Below are positions 36,589 through 49,547 of a DNA stretch of 64,000 nt, one piece after another. The position numbers and the translations under genes are program-made. The stretch covers positions 22,754,001 to 22,818,000 of the forward strand of contig NC_043008.1 in assembly GCF_006345805.1 (NCBI RefSeq). The letters run 5' to 3'. Under the pieces are notes generated by a model. The model saw only the letters and a list, made by a program, of their open reading frames with translations, made no database searches and was not told the origin of the DNA. This DNA is from Octopus sinensis (taxonomy: Eukaryota). How positions within the stretch are numbered: position 1 is the stretch's first letter; each line of letters begins with the position of its first letter.

Positions 36589-38710
36589 AACCCCCACCAT
36601 TCCATGCAGTATACTCTCTGCACGACTCACACAGCACACACCCCACACCAGTTGTTCTTGGTCTCTGGTAGCTCAGCCTCCACTTTTACCAAAAAAACAT
36701 TTTACAAATGTCCCCAAGCTAATTATTCTGCTAATTATTCTGTGTAGTTGTTTATTATCCAATATGTTCTGTTACTAATTCCATCCAGTAAGTATTATTC
36801 TTTTACTTGTTTCAGTTTCAATCATTTGACTGCAACCATGCTGGAGCACCGCTTTAAGTCAAACAGGTCGACCCCAGGACTTATTCTTTGTAAGCTTAAT
36901 ACTTATTCTATAGGTCTCTTTTGCCAAATTGCTAAGTTATGAGGATGTAAACACACCAACACCAGTTGTGAAGCAATAGTGGAGAGGACAAACACAGACA
37001 AACTAGCATATACATACACACACATATACAATGGGCTTCTATCAGTTTCCTTCTACCGAATCCACTCACTGGTTGGCCTGAGGTTATAGTAGAAGACGCT
37101 TGCCTGAGGTGCCACACAGTAGGACTGAACCCGGAACCATGTGGTTGGGAAGCAAGATTCTTAACACACAGCCCACAGCCATGCCTGCACCTACTGTATT
37201 TTTTAGACGGATGTGTTGAATAGTTCCCCTATGTTAAGTTTTTATAGAAATTACTAAAGACAGTGAGAATATGTATAATGAAATAACATTGGACCTAGAC
37301 ACGTCTTCAGTTATGCTTCTGCTTACATTCTAGTCTCACCAATGATTTTTTTTAACAGAAAATCTTTTTAAAGTATAAATATTGTTTGTACCTGGTTTAA
37401 ATATTTTATTTCTAAGAAACAAAAATCACAAGCACCCCATAAACACCCAACACCTCTCTATAGTACCCCCTTTGTACTTGCTGCTCCTTTAATAGCTCAC
37501 AATATTCCCAAGGAGGCCCATACAGCCAGGTTAAAAAACCCAATGCTCTCAAGAATTACCATTAAATAAGATAGCACAATCCACATAGCCCATAGTCTCT
37601 TAAAGAGAGTTCTTGAAGAATTCCAAAATTTCATGAAAAATGGTAAAAATTCAATAAAATTCTTTGTTATAAAACAATTGCTATTCACTATTTTCAAAAC
37701 AACAAATTGCCTTTCTTTTTTTATATAAATGAATAAATTCTCTCTCCAAGACAATTTTTGTTTAATTTAATGTATTATTAAAATCAAGGTGGTGGTGGTA
37801 GGGTTACCTATAAGACAGGTGAGGGTTCTGTGACTTGTAGGAAATTGTACAAAATTTTGGGAACCAGCGCTAAATTACTTTCTTCTTCATATATGTGTAT
37901 ATATATATATATATAATTACAACTACTACGTATGTGAATTAAACAGGCTTAATATATTACAAATTTGCATAGGCTGACATCTGATGCTGTACTCAAGAGG
38001 AGGAGGAATATTTCAATAAAGACTAAAAGTTACATCTTGAAAGAAAAAAAAAAGAAAACCATCAGATGGAAATATCAATAAGTCTCAAATTTTTGTTTCA
38101 TTTTTATCCTATTTTTTTTTTATTTACCAGCAAATAATTTTTAATCACCAGCAAATAATTACTAGAATGCATTCATTAAAATACATAACGTGAAATATTA
38201 AAGAGAATTGATTAGGTTAGTTAGCATTAATTATTAGTAATGACCATTGATTAGCTTAAAGTCAGCTCTGATTGAGTATGCCTATAATCCAAGCCACTCC
38301 AGCTATGGCGACCCAACCAATTTGTATATTGAGGACTACGTTGTCCAATGTCTTCTTCCTTTTAAGGTGGCAGGGTGAAACTTAGCTGCTATTTCTAGTT
38401 GTTTGAGCAACCATATACAGTTTGGGCTTTAATTAATAATGGTTTCTTAATTTGGTAACAAACCTGTTAATGTTGTTGTTTAACCCCAGGTCAACCAGAG
38501 GTTTGGATTCATATTATCCATTATCATCTTATATTTTTTTTTTGTAAAGGGTTCCCAAGACTACATTATCTGATGTTACTTTCTGCCTTTGTAAAGACGG
38601 TAGGATGTGACTTGGCAGGTAATTTGGTCGCTGTTTCTATCGGGTCAAGCAACAAAATGTTCAGAGAGGCCTTTCAATGACAACAAAGGTTTAAAGAAAA
38701 AAAAATATAT

Positions 38711-39116
38711 AGGCGCAGGAGTGGCTGTGTGGTAAGTAGCTTGTTTACCAACCACATGGTTCCGGGTTCAGTCCCACTGCGTGACACCTTGGGCAAGTGT
38801 CTTGTACTTTAGCCTCGGGCCGACCAAAGCCCTGTGTGTGGATTTGGTAGACGGAAACTGAAAGAAGCCCGTCGTATATATGTATATATATATGAGTGTA
38901 TGTGTGTCTGTGTTTGTCCCCCTAGCATTGCTTGACAACCGATGCTGGTGTGTTTATGTCCCCGTTACTTAGCAGTTCGGCAAAAGAGACCGATAGAATA
39001 AGTACTGGGCTTACAAAAGAATAAGTCCCGGGATCGAATTGCTCAATTAAAGGCGGTGCTCCAGCATGGCCGCAGTCAAATGACTGAAACAAGTAAAAGA
39101 GTAAAAGAGTAAAGAG
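38711..39116 (+). mobile_element. SINE family A, full length
   Basis: Matches the family consensus. Confidence 0.85.
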
Positions 39117-39638
39117 TATATATAAAAGAAAAGAAAAAAGAATAAAAATGAGGAAAATTGTTTCAAGATTGTCTTATTACATTGTTGCTGAACCAAATTC
39201 TCTTCTTTTCCAGGTGCACCAGGCACAGATGGAGCCAAATCTTAGCACTTTCTTTTCCTAAATGAACCAGATAAGATATTAAATGGCAGCTGTCTTTCAG
39301 GAATGAGAGCATTGCTTTCAACTGTCATTTGCATGTGCACATTGTGGTGGTGGGGGAGGAGTCTATCACTACTGCTACCACTGCTGTTGCTTTTTGTTGG
39401 TCAAGCACAATTGTTGCCTTTAGAGATCCACTGTACACACACACACACATATTGGGGAAAGCAAGATAATCCACCAATACCACCCACAAAAATCACAGTA
39501 AACTACAGAAAAATAATTGTTTCTTGCGATGACGACAACGACGACAATGATGATGAGGAGGGGAATTTCAACTTTCTACCGCAAGGGCAGCATAGGGGAG
39601 GGGGAGATGAGTTGATTAAGTTTATTGAATTTTTAAAC

Positions 39639-39797
39639 TCCAATTTCTCGCAAATTTAAATATTCACTGCGTCCAATTTGTCACAAATTTAAATATTCAC
39701 TGCGTCCAATTTGTCACAAATTTAAATATTCACTGCGTCCAATTTCTCGCAAATTTAAATATTCACTGTGTCCAATTTGTCACAAATTTAAATATTT
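39639..39797. repeat. 33-bp minisatellite, ~4.8 copies
   Basis: Unit tccaattt(g/c)tc(a/g)caaatttaaatattcactgcg. Confidence 0.9.
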
Positions 39798-39964
39798 ATT
39801 GCATTCACTGTGGAGTATTCCATTTTCATTTGCAAAGTCTCTCACTTTCTCTTTTAAGTTTTAATTCGCTATTAATGTATAGCACAATACACAAAAGGCG
39901 GTGCATCAGCATGGCCACAATTATGAGCTGAGACTGCAGCCAAAAAAAAAAATGTAATCGTTCA

Positions 39965-40325
39965 ACATCAATGGAAATTGTAGCTGTGATACCAGTGCCT
40001 GTGGCACGTAAGAGAACCATCCAAACATGGCCGTTGCCAGTGCCGCCCCAACTGGCCTCCGTGCCGGTGGCACGTAAAAAGCACCATCCGATCGTGGCCG
40101 TTTGCCAGCCTCGTCTGGCACCTGTGCAGGTGGCACATAAAGAGCACCCACTACACTCTCGAAGTGGTTGGTGTTAGGAAGGGCATCCAGCTGTAGAAAT
40201 ACTGCCAGATCAGACTGGGCCTGGCGCAGCCTTCTGGCTTCCCAGACCCCAGTTGAACCGTCCAACCCATGCTAGCATGGAAAATGGACGTTAAACGATG
40301 ATAATGATGATGATGATGATGATGT
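39965..40325 (+). mobile_element. RTE LINE 3' fragment
   Basis: RTE 3' UTR ending in (GAT)n. Confidence 0.85.
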
Positions 40326-40693
40326 ATATGTAATGTAAAAACATTACTTATTGAATGAACATTTTTTTAAATACCTGTATAATTTTTGAATGCGGGATAG
40401 CTATGAGAAGAGCCTAGAAAGTTGGGTAGTTACTATTAGAAAACAAAGAGTAAAAAACAAAGAGTTACCAACAAGTACTTGAAACTTGCACCTTATTCAC
40501 AGATTCCAAACAATTTAACAGTGACACATGCACACACCAATACACACTTGCGCACACACACAGATACACATACACACAAATGAAAAGCAATGAATGAATG
40601 TGTGTATGTGCGTGCATATGTGTGTGTATGTGCGTGCATATGTGTATGTATGTGCATGCATGTGTGTGTGTGCTATTCACTGACAAAACTTTT

Positions 40694-41213
40694 AACCCTC
40701 CTCGTTTCTTTATCACTCTTGCATGTATTGATGCTTTTCAATATTTTTTTCCCATAAATATATTTATGTGCTATAAAAGAAATGTGGGAAATTATGAATT
40801 TTTTGCAACCCCACTCCCTGCCCCCGATTGTTTCTCTTTAGAAATTAAAGTATTGGAGAGCCTGAGGAGGTGATTGCTGGCATTTATCTACAGTGATTTA
40901 AAAAAAAAATTATGGAGATGTACTTGCATGGCAAGTGACTTGATCTGAGATTGTGTGCTGAAACAAAAACAATTGTGTGAAAATATTTTTGTTGTTGAAG
41001 TTTTGTGAAGTTTTGCCAGTGAATAGATTGCAGTTTCAAAACAACAAAAACACCTCCATAATTTTCTAAAGAGAAACAATCAGGGGCAGGGAGTGGGGTT
41101 GCAAAAAATTCATAATTTCTCACATTTCTTTTATAGCACATAAATGTATTTATGGGAAAAAAATTTTGAAAAGCATCAATACATACAAGAGTGATAAAGA
41201 AACGAGGAGGGTT
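40694..41213. mobile_element. Foldback/MITE-like element with ~150-bp inverted arms
   Basis: 40694-40844 is the reverse complement of 41063-41213, with a ~220-bp spacer. No clear TSD. Confidence 0.7.
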
Positions 41214-43060
41214 GTCTTTGGATGTACTTTTAGTACCAAATCACACTTAAATCACTTTTCCCTCCACTTTTTTTTATTCTCTTACCGAAAATGCTCTTCT
41301 CATGGTTTTAAAGTGCAAAAAATGTTAGCCAAAATAGGTCTAGAGTGGGATGATGAGGGAAGGGGGTGTAAAAAAAAAAAACGAATTTCCAAAACAAAGA
41401 TGCCCCCCAACCCCATCATTTCGGAAGCTGTGGTTTAAAAAAAATGGAGAAAATCCTCAAAAAAACTTTCCCTACAAATTTTTTTATAATCATAATCTAT
41501 GTCGCTTGAAAGGGATTTATATAAATTTTCATTAAAAGATACCCGTCTTCCTGAAAGTTAGGGAAAAAAAGTCAGATCATGTGAATTTTCTGAAACTTCT
41601 CTCTCCACCCCCTTGCAAATATTCTTTCCCATAAATCTCTATATACTCCGAAGCAACAACATCTAAGTGGTACTGGTAGAAAATTTTGTTAAAAAGTATC
41701 CATTTTTCTGGATGTTATGAGACAACAAAGTCAGTGGTGTACATATCTGTAGTAATGCCCCTTTATTTATACGATTTTTAAAATAATTTCATGTTCATTT
41801 CATTCATTGTTTGCTGTAAAGGGTTGCTGTAAAGCTTACAGATGGGCTGCTGAATTGAAATCTCTATGTTGCTTTGAGGGGATGGTAAAACTTGACAAAG
41901 TGCTTTTCCCTCTGTTGTTGGACTACTGTGATGTTTGTTTAAAAAAAGAGAGATTATGACTGTGATAAAATAATGAAAGCAATATTTACTAAGCAAGCGA
42001 ACACTATTATGCAAAGAAATAATTAGATGTACAACATAAAAATTATTAGAAATTGGAATAAAATGTGAAAATATTATCAAGGGGCTAGCAGAAAGACAAT
42101 ATCTAGAATTACATGAAGTAATTTGTTCTAAGAGATAAATGACACCACAAAAGCCAGCCCAGTGAGATTACTATGGCTGGAACTTTCTCAGGGTTAAATA
42201 GCAATGACAATACACTCCTCTTATCAGTGGAAGGCCATAAACAATTCTTTATCTTCTCTCCTCTTTTTATATCTTCAGTCACTGGACAAAAATAAAACAA
42301 ATAAATCAACTCCAGTAACATCTTTTTCTTTTCAAGCTCCCCACCCACCCACACACACACACACACACTACCACCACCATACTTAATTTCAATGGATCTC
42401 TTTTGCAGAACAACTGAGTAACAGGGACAAACAAATGAACACCCAGTTGCCAAGTGATGGAGGAAGAGGACAAAAACACACATACACACACACGAACACA
42501 CACACACACGAACACACACACACACAAAGGTAAAAGAGCCCTTGACTAGTCACAGACTCTTTTACTTGTTTCAGTCATTTGACTGCGGCCATGCTGGAGC
42601 ACCGCCTTTAGTTGAGCAACTCAACCCCGGGACTTATTCTTTTTGTAAGCCCAGTACTTATTCTATCGGTCTCTTTTTGCCGAACCGCTAAGTGACGGGG
42701 ACGTAAACACACCAGCATCGGTTGTCAAGCAATGCTAGGGGGACAAACACAGACACACAAACACATACATATATACATCATCATCATCATCGTCGTTTAA
42801 CGTCCGTTCTCCATGCTAGCATGGGTTGGACGGTTCGACCGGGGTTCTGGGAAGCCAGAAGGCTTCATCAGGCTCCAGTCTTATCTGGCAATGTTTCTAC
42901 AGCTGGATGCCCTTCCTAACGCCAACCACTCCGTGAGTGTAGTGGGTGCTTTTTACGTGCCACCTGCACAGGTGCCAGGCGGGGCTGGCAACGGCCACGG
43001 TCAGATTGGTGTATTTTATGTGCCACCGGCACGGAAGCCAGTCGAGGCGGTGCTGGCATC

Positions 43061-43510
43061 GGCCACGAGTCGGATAGTGCTTTTTACGTACCACCAGACC
43101 AGGGATCCTGGCTGCTTCAATTCGATTTCGATTTCGCTTGCCCCAACATGTCTTCACAAGCAAAGGGGGTTGGCATGGGTGCCTGTCGTACGGTCGCATT
43201 GGAGTATTTTACGTGCCACGGCCACGAGTCGGATAGTGCTTTTTACGTACCACCAGACCAGGGATCCTGGCTGGTTCAATTCGATTTCGATTTCGCTTGC
43301 CCCAACATGTCTTCACAAGCAAGGGGGTTGGCATGGGTGCCTGTCGTACGGTCGCATTGGAGTATTTTACGTGCCACGGCCACGAGTCGGATAGTGCTTT
43401 TTACGTACCACCAGGCCAGGGATCCTGGCTGGTTCAATTCGGTTTCGATTTCGATTTCGCTTGCCCCAACATGTCTTCGCAAGCATGGGGGGTTGGCATG
43501 GGTGTCTGTC
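43061..43510. repeat. ~159-bp tandem repeat (~3 copies) in the RTE 3' UTR
   Basis: ggccacgagtcggatagtgc occurs at 43061, 43220 and 43378. Confidence 0.9.
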
Positions 43511-43595
43511 GTCAGATGAGGTTCTATATCGACTTCGCTTGCCTCAACCGGTCTTTGTGTCCAAGGGAGGAAAGGCATTCATAAGTGGGCTGGGC

Positions 43596-46500
43596 TCACT
43601 TGTCCTGCCTGGTCTTCTCACGTACAGAATATTTCCAAAGGTCTCGGTCTCTGGTCATTTCCTCAGTGAGGCCTAAAGTTCGAAGGTCGTGCTTCACCAC
43701 CTCCTCCCAGGTTTTCCTGGGTCTACCTCTTCCACGGGTTCCCTCAACTGCTAGGGATTGGCACTTTCTCACACGCCTATCTTCATCCATTCTCGCCACA
43801 TGACCATACCAGCGCAATCGTCTCTCTTGCACACCACAACTGATGCTTCTTAGGTACAACATTTCTCTCAAGGTGCTAACGCTCTGTCGAGTATGTACAC
43901 TGACATTACACATCCATCGGAGCATACTGGCTTCATTCCTCACGAGCTTACGCATGTCCTCAGCAGTCACGGCCCATGTTTCGCTGCCATGTAGCATGGC
44001 TGTTCGTACACACGCATCATACAGTCTGCCTTTTACTCTGAGCGAGAGGCCTTTAGTCACCAGCAGAGGTAAGAGCTCCCTAAACTTTGCCCAGGCTATT
44101 CTTATTCTAGCAGTTACACTTTCAGCGCACCCACCCCCACTACTGACTTGGTCACCTAGCTATCAACTACTTCTAGTTTTTCCCCCTGGAAAGTGACGGA
44201 AGTTGTTTTCTGCAGATTTTCGGAGGTTAATGCTCCCGAGCATCTGCCACATACAAAAACTATCTTCCCAGTTAGCCTACCTTTGACATTGCTGCACCTC
44301 TTATGTGTCCATAGCTTACACTGGGTACATCTTATAGAGTTTCTACCTACACCTTTTCTACAGATCGAGCAGGGCCATCTTCCTGAAGATATTTGTGGAT
44401 TGTCTACCTTTCTACTTATTAGTACTTTGGTTTTAGCTAGGTTGACTCTAAGGCCCCTTGATTCTAAACCCTCCTTCCACACCTGGAACTTCTCCTCCAG
44501 TTCTGATAGTGATTCAGCAATAAGAGCAAGGTCGTCAGCGTAGAGGAGCTCCCAGGGACAGCCTGTCTTGAATTCCTCCGTAATTGCCTGGAGCACTATG
44601 ATAAATAGGAGGGGGCTGAGTACTGAACCCTGGTGGACCCCAACCTCTACTTTGAATTCTTCTGTGTACATGTTGCCAACCCTAACCTTACTTACGGCAT
44701 CTCTGTACATGGCTTGCACAGTCCTCACCAGCCATTCATCTATCCCTAGTTTCCTCATTGACCACCAGATAAGGGATCGGGGGACCCTATCAAAAGCTTT
44801 CTCCATGTCAACGAAAGCCAGGTACAGGGGCTTATCTTTGCTAGGTGTATTTCTCCTGCAGCTGCCTTACCAGGAATATAGCATCAGTGGTACATTTCCC
44901 TGGCATGAACCCAAACTGCATCTCATCTAAACTAACTCTCTCTCTAATTAGTTGGGCTATGACCCTCTCCGTAACCTTCATTACTTGATCCAACAGCTTG
45001 ATACCTCTGTAATTATTTGTATCTAGGGCATCACCTTTACCTTTGTAGCAGTTGACTAGTATGCTGCTGCACCCAGTCTTGGGTATGACTCCTTCGTGTA
45101 TCACCTGGTTGACTATACGGGTGACTAGGTTATAGCCGACACTGCCAGATATTTTGAGCATCTCTGCAGTAATTCCTGATGGGCCTGGGGCTTTCCCTGT
45201 CTTCATGCTTCTAATTGCCTTAGCTACCACGGAACTATCAACTCGGATAGCTGGTCCCTCTGTAGGGTCAACATTTGGCAGACTCTCTTTATCCCATTCA
45301 TTTTCCTCATTCAGTAACCTTTCATAGTGGCGTCTCCAAGCTTCTCTCTTTGCATCCTCATTTAGCGCAAGTGAACCATCCTCCATGCGAACACATTTCT
45401 CTCCTACCACATCACGATTCTCTCTCACACACTGTCTTGCAACACGAAATACCTCAAGTCTTTCATCCTCACGGCGCAGGACATTGGCAAATTTTCTCTT
45501 ATCTGCTTCCCCTCTGGCTAGATAGACCTGTCTCCTAGCTTCCCTTCTGGCAGTCTGATACCCTTCCCTGCTACCACCACGTTCTTCCAGGCCTTCCAAG
45601 CCTGTTTCTTTTGTCTAATAGCCCTGTCAACAATATTGTTCCACCACCACGTTATTTTGGGTCTTAAGGGACTTTGCACCAGCCACAGATCTGGTCAGCG
45701 GCTTTCAGCAGGTTGTCCCTCAGAAACGTCCAGTTGTCTTCTACCCCATGTGTAGCTATACCCCCTTCCACTTCGTCAAAGGCTTCAAGTAACATATCTC
45801 TAAATCTCTGTCCATTCGCAGGGGCTTTAAGCTTCCAGACCCTTCTTCTCCATGTTGGTCGTCTTCTAGTCGCCCTCTTAGTCCTGATCCTAAAGTCACT
45901 AACTACCAGTCTATGTTGTGGGGTGCATTCTCTTCGCCTGGGAAGGTTTTGGCATTTATAAGCAGCCATCTTTCCCTTTTTCTGGCAAGGATGTAGTCGA
46001 TTTGGCTAGTATGCCGGCCCGATCGGTAGGTGACCAGGGGGCTTGTTGGTTTCCTGAAGTTAGTGTTGCAGACCATAAGACTATTCGCATCGCAGAACTC
46101 CAGCAGTCTGGTTCCCTCCTCGTTGCGGGAACCATAACCGTAGCCTCCATGTACGCCATGGAAGCCCCCAGCATGTCGTCCAACATGCCCATTGAAATCA
46201 CCAGCCACAAAGAGAAGGTCCCTGTCGTTCGTCGAAAACTGTCTTTCTGTCCATCGGGTAGCCCTGGCTGAGGGGCATAGGCCGATATAATGGTTGCTAA
46301 TCTATTATGAAGCACTATTCTAATCTTAAGTATTCTGTCACTTACTCTGATTACCTCAATTACTCTATCTATCCATTTCTCAGCGATAAGTATACCCACG
46401 CCATCAACCCCGTCAGTGTTCCCTGCCCAGAAAATCTTGTACCTGTGTTCCTTGCCTGTGAGGACCCTAGCAGATCCTCCTCTCCACCTTATTTCTTGCA

Positions 46501-46669
46501 TACAACATACATCAACACGTCTCCGTTCAAGCATCTCGACTATCTCGCCAGACCTACCTTTCAATGTGCCAACGTTGAGGGTGTGGGAGGTGTGGGCCTC
46601 TGAGACCCTGGGATGAGGGACAGCAGTGTTATGTACCTGAAAAGAAAGCTTGCATTTGCCAGATATCAT
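43596..46669 (-). pseudogene. RTE ORF: AP endonuclease, reverse transcriptase and PHD finger, split by about five frameshifts
   Basis: EN motifs TLNVGTL, QEIRW, GDFNGHVG and SQIDY. RT motifs KAPGPSG, NYRGIKLL, QFGF, EKAFDRV, GVHQGSVLSPLLF and YADD (44531-44542). C4HC3 finger at 44240-44371. C-terminal RLRWYGHVARM and RGRGRPRKTW. Confidence 0.95.
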
Positions 46670-46826
46670 ACTGAGACTCTAGACTACAACCTGCATAAAT
46701 TTCACAGTTTTTGCGCTATATGATCACAATAAACCCTACATAGGGGTGCGGGGGGGGGGTCAAGAAAGATAGAAAACAGAAACTTCCGGTTCCGGTTCTG
46801 GTGGATGGTGGAGGGTGGGGTCACCT

Positions 46827-47300
46827 CGAAGGAACAACAGGTTTTAAGTTAATACGTAGGGAATTTTCTGCAACAGAAATTACTGAACATCTAGGAACTT
46901 CGGGGTTCGAGAAGAACGTAATATAAATAAGAGAGAGAGAAAAAATTTCGTAGGGAATTTAGGGTATCTTTGGGGAAAGGAATAACGACGAAGGAACAAC
47001 AGGTTTTAAGTTAATACGTAGGGAATTTTCTGCAACAGAAATTACTGAACATCTAGGAACTTCGGGGTTCGAGAAGAACGTAATATAAATAAGAGAGAGA
47101 GAAAATATTTCGTAGGGAATTTAGGGTATCTTTGGGGAAAGGAATAACGACGAAGGAACAACAGGTTTTAAGTTAATACGTAGGGAATTTTCTGTGACAG
47201 AAATTACTGAACATCTAGAAACTTCGGGGTTCGATTAAAACATAATATAAATAGGAGAGAGAGAGAATATTGTAGTGAATTCTGGGGATGGAATAACAAC
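46827..47300. repeat. 162-bp tandem repeat (~3 copies) in the RTE 5' UTR
   Basis: cgaaggaacaacaggttttaag occurs at 46827, 46989 and 47151. Confidence 0.9.
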
Positions 47301-47804
47301 GGGATGACACTGAAATTAAAGGAGGAATTTAAAATGCATGACAGACAGGAAGCCATGCATACAAGATGGCGAAATAAATAATAGAGAAACGGGATTTAGA
47401 GTTACGAATCAACGCTTAAAAAATGAATATGAATGACAGGTTGTAAGTTAAATTCGCTTAGCTGGTCATTTTTCGAGTCAGTGTTTTGTCAGTAAGATGT
47501 AGAATACATATATACGACAGGCTTCTTTCAGTTTCCGTCTACCAAATCCACTCACAAGGCACTGGTCGGCCTGGGGCTATAGCAGAAGACACTTGCCCAA
47601 GATGCCACGCAGTGGGACTGAACCCGGAACCATGTGGTTGGTTAGCAAGCTACTTACCACACAGCCACTCCTGCGCCTATTTTATTCTTTTATTCTTTTA
47701 TTCTTTTTTTGTTTTTGCGAGAAGACTAGAATGGGTAACGAGAGAATGACTAGTGAGTGTTAATTAACCAAGTACAAATTGAGTCTACCATATAAATAAG
47801 ACAA

Positions 47805-48052
47805 TGTTTCCTTCTTGAGCCATGCCAGCCTAATGAGGGCCAGTTTCCCCGTTTCTGTGGCGTATATATTCCCCACCTGGATGGGACACCGGTCCGTCGC
47901 AGTATTGTTCATTTCTGCCAGCTGAGTAGACTGGCGCAAAACGAAATGAAGTGTTTTGCTCAAGAACACAATGAATCACCCAGTCCAGGAACTGAAATCA
48001 CAATCTTAAAATCATGAGTTCGACACACTAACCACTAAGCCACGCGCCTCCA
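47805..48052 (-). mobile_element. SINE family C
   Basis: tRNA-like head followed by the gtgttcttgagcaa.acactt core. Confidence 0.75.
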
Positions 48053-49158
48053 CTATACTGTATAAACGGTTCAAACTGAATTTATTAAAGTAAGCATAAG
48101 CATACAATATTTGCTGGTTACAAAAAACGAGAAACAAGGGAGGGGAGAAACAGATAATATACAGAACAAGATTTGAACCAATGAGAGAAAACAAATTTAA
48201 GGCTGCTTGATTTGCTAGAAATAACAGCTAAATCTACCATCTTCAAAAAGATGAAAGGCACAACTGGTGAAACCGCTGACTTCCAAGGAGAGTGTACCTA
48301 TGCAGAAATTTTTAATTTTATTCCACTGTCATAGTTATTTCTGGGTATTATTGTGTCCCCCACCCCAAAGAAAAAGGACCAGTAGTCATAACTAGAATGT
48401 GTTTGAGATCATAGATGTGTCCTCAAATTAAACAACAAAATATGGCTTAATTAATATAATGTATTACATCACAATACATAGACAATGAAGTGTGTGTGTG
48501 TGTGTGTGTGTGTAAAGACAAAACAAAACAATGGTGATGATAATAATATCAATAACAACAACAATGATAAATGAAAAGCTTACTTTAGCTTCACTGCTTG
48601 ACATGTTAGCCATAAGAAAACAAGGAAAATAGTCTCTTCACTTTAGAGAACTAAGATTTATATTTTTAAGACACTAGACAAATGCACACACACACACAGA
48701 CACTCACACATACACACTCGCTCATGCACATATGAGTTTTGAAAGAGAAAAAAATAGAGAAATGAGAACAAGGCAGTAAGGCAGGAGGAGGAGAGTAAGA
48801 AAGAGAGAGGTGGGTGAGAGGGAGGGGTGAGAGGGAGAGAGAGGTGGACTAGAGGGAGGGTTGAAGCAGAGAGGGGAGAGGGAGTCTTTAGGAGTGTGGA
48901 AAAGCAAAGCTAAGAAAGTGAGTGTTATAAAGGCATACTTACATAAATATGCCCCGCAAACTTTGTTTCCTCATAAATTACAGAAAAAATGTTTTTTTGT
49001 TGTTTTTTTTTGTTTTTGAAATTTTCTACAAAGTCACTTTAGATGGTGTAGATTCCAATTATACTGGAATCTGTAGTGGAAACAATTTTTTGAGGTGGGC
49101 GTAGGAGTTTTGGAAAATTCACAGAAGTCAGATTTGTTTCCTCAAAACTTTCAGAAAT

Positions 49159-49547
49159 ACTCTTTTACTTGTGTCAGTCATTTGACTGCGGTCATGCTGG
49201 AGCACTGCCTTTTAGTCGAGCAAATCAACTCCAGGACTTATTCTTTGGAAGCCTAGTACTTATTCTATCGGTCTCTTTTGCCGAACCGCTAAATTACAGG
49301 GACGTAAACACACCAGCATCGGTTGTCAAGCGATGTTGGAGGGACCAAACACAGACACACAAACATATATATATACATATATACGACGGGAGTCTTTCAG
49401 TTTCCGTCTACCAAATCCACTCACAAGGCTTTGGTTGGCCCGAGGCTATAGTAGAAGACACTTGCCCAAGGTGCCACGCAGTGGGACTGAACCTGGAACC
49501 ATGAGGTTGGTAAGCAAGCTACTTACCACACAACCACTTCTGTGCCT
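49159..49547 (-). mobile_element. SINE family A, full length
   Basis: Matches the family consensus. Confidence 0.85.

Larger units (their letters stand above)
42777..47503 (-). mobile_element. Full-length RTE-clade LINE (4.7 kb) inserted in a family A SINE
   Basis: TSD atacatatatac at 42765-42776 and 47504-47515, with a (GAT)n tail. The SINE halves lie at 42557-42776 and 47504-47677. It carries a single EN-RT ORF. Confidence 0.95.

Noticed and set aside
39639-39797. 33-bp repeats as a CRISPR array
   Set aside because: The repeats are contiguous with no unique spacers, there are no cas genes, and the context is eukaryotic.
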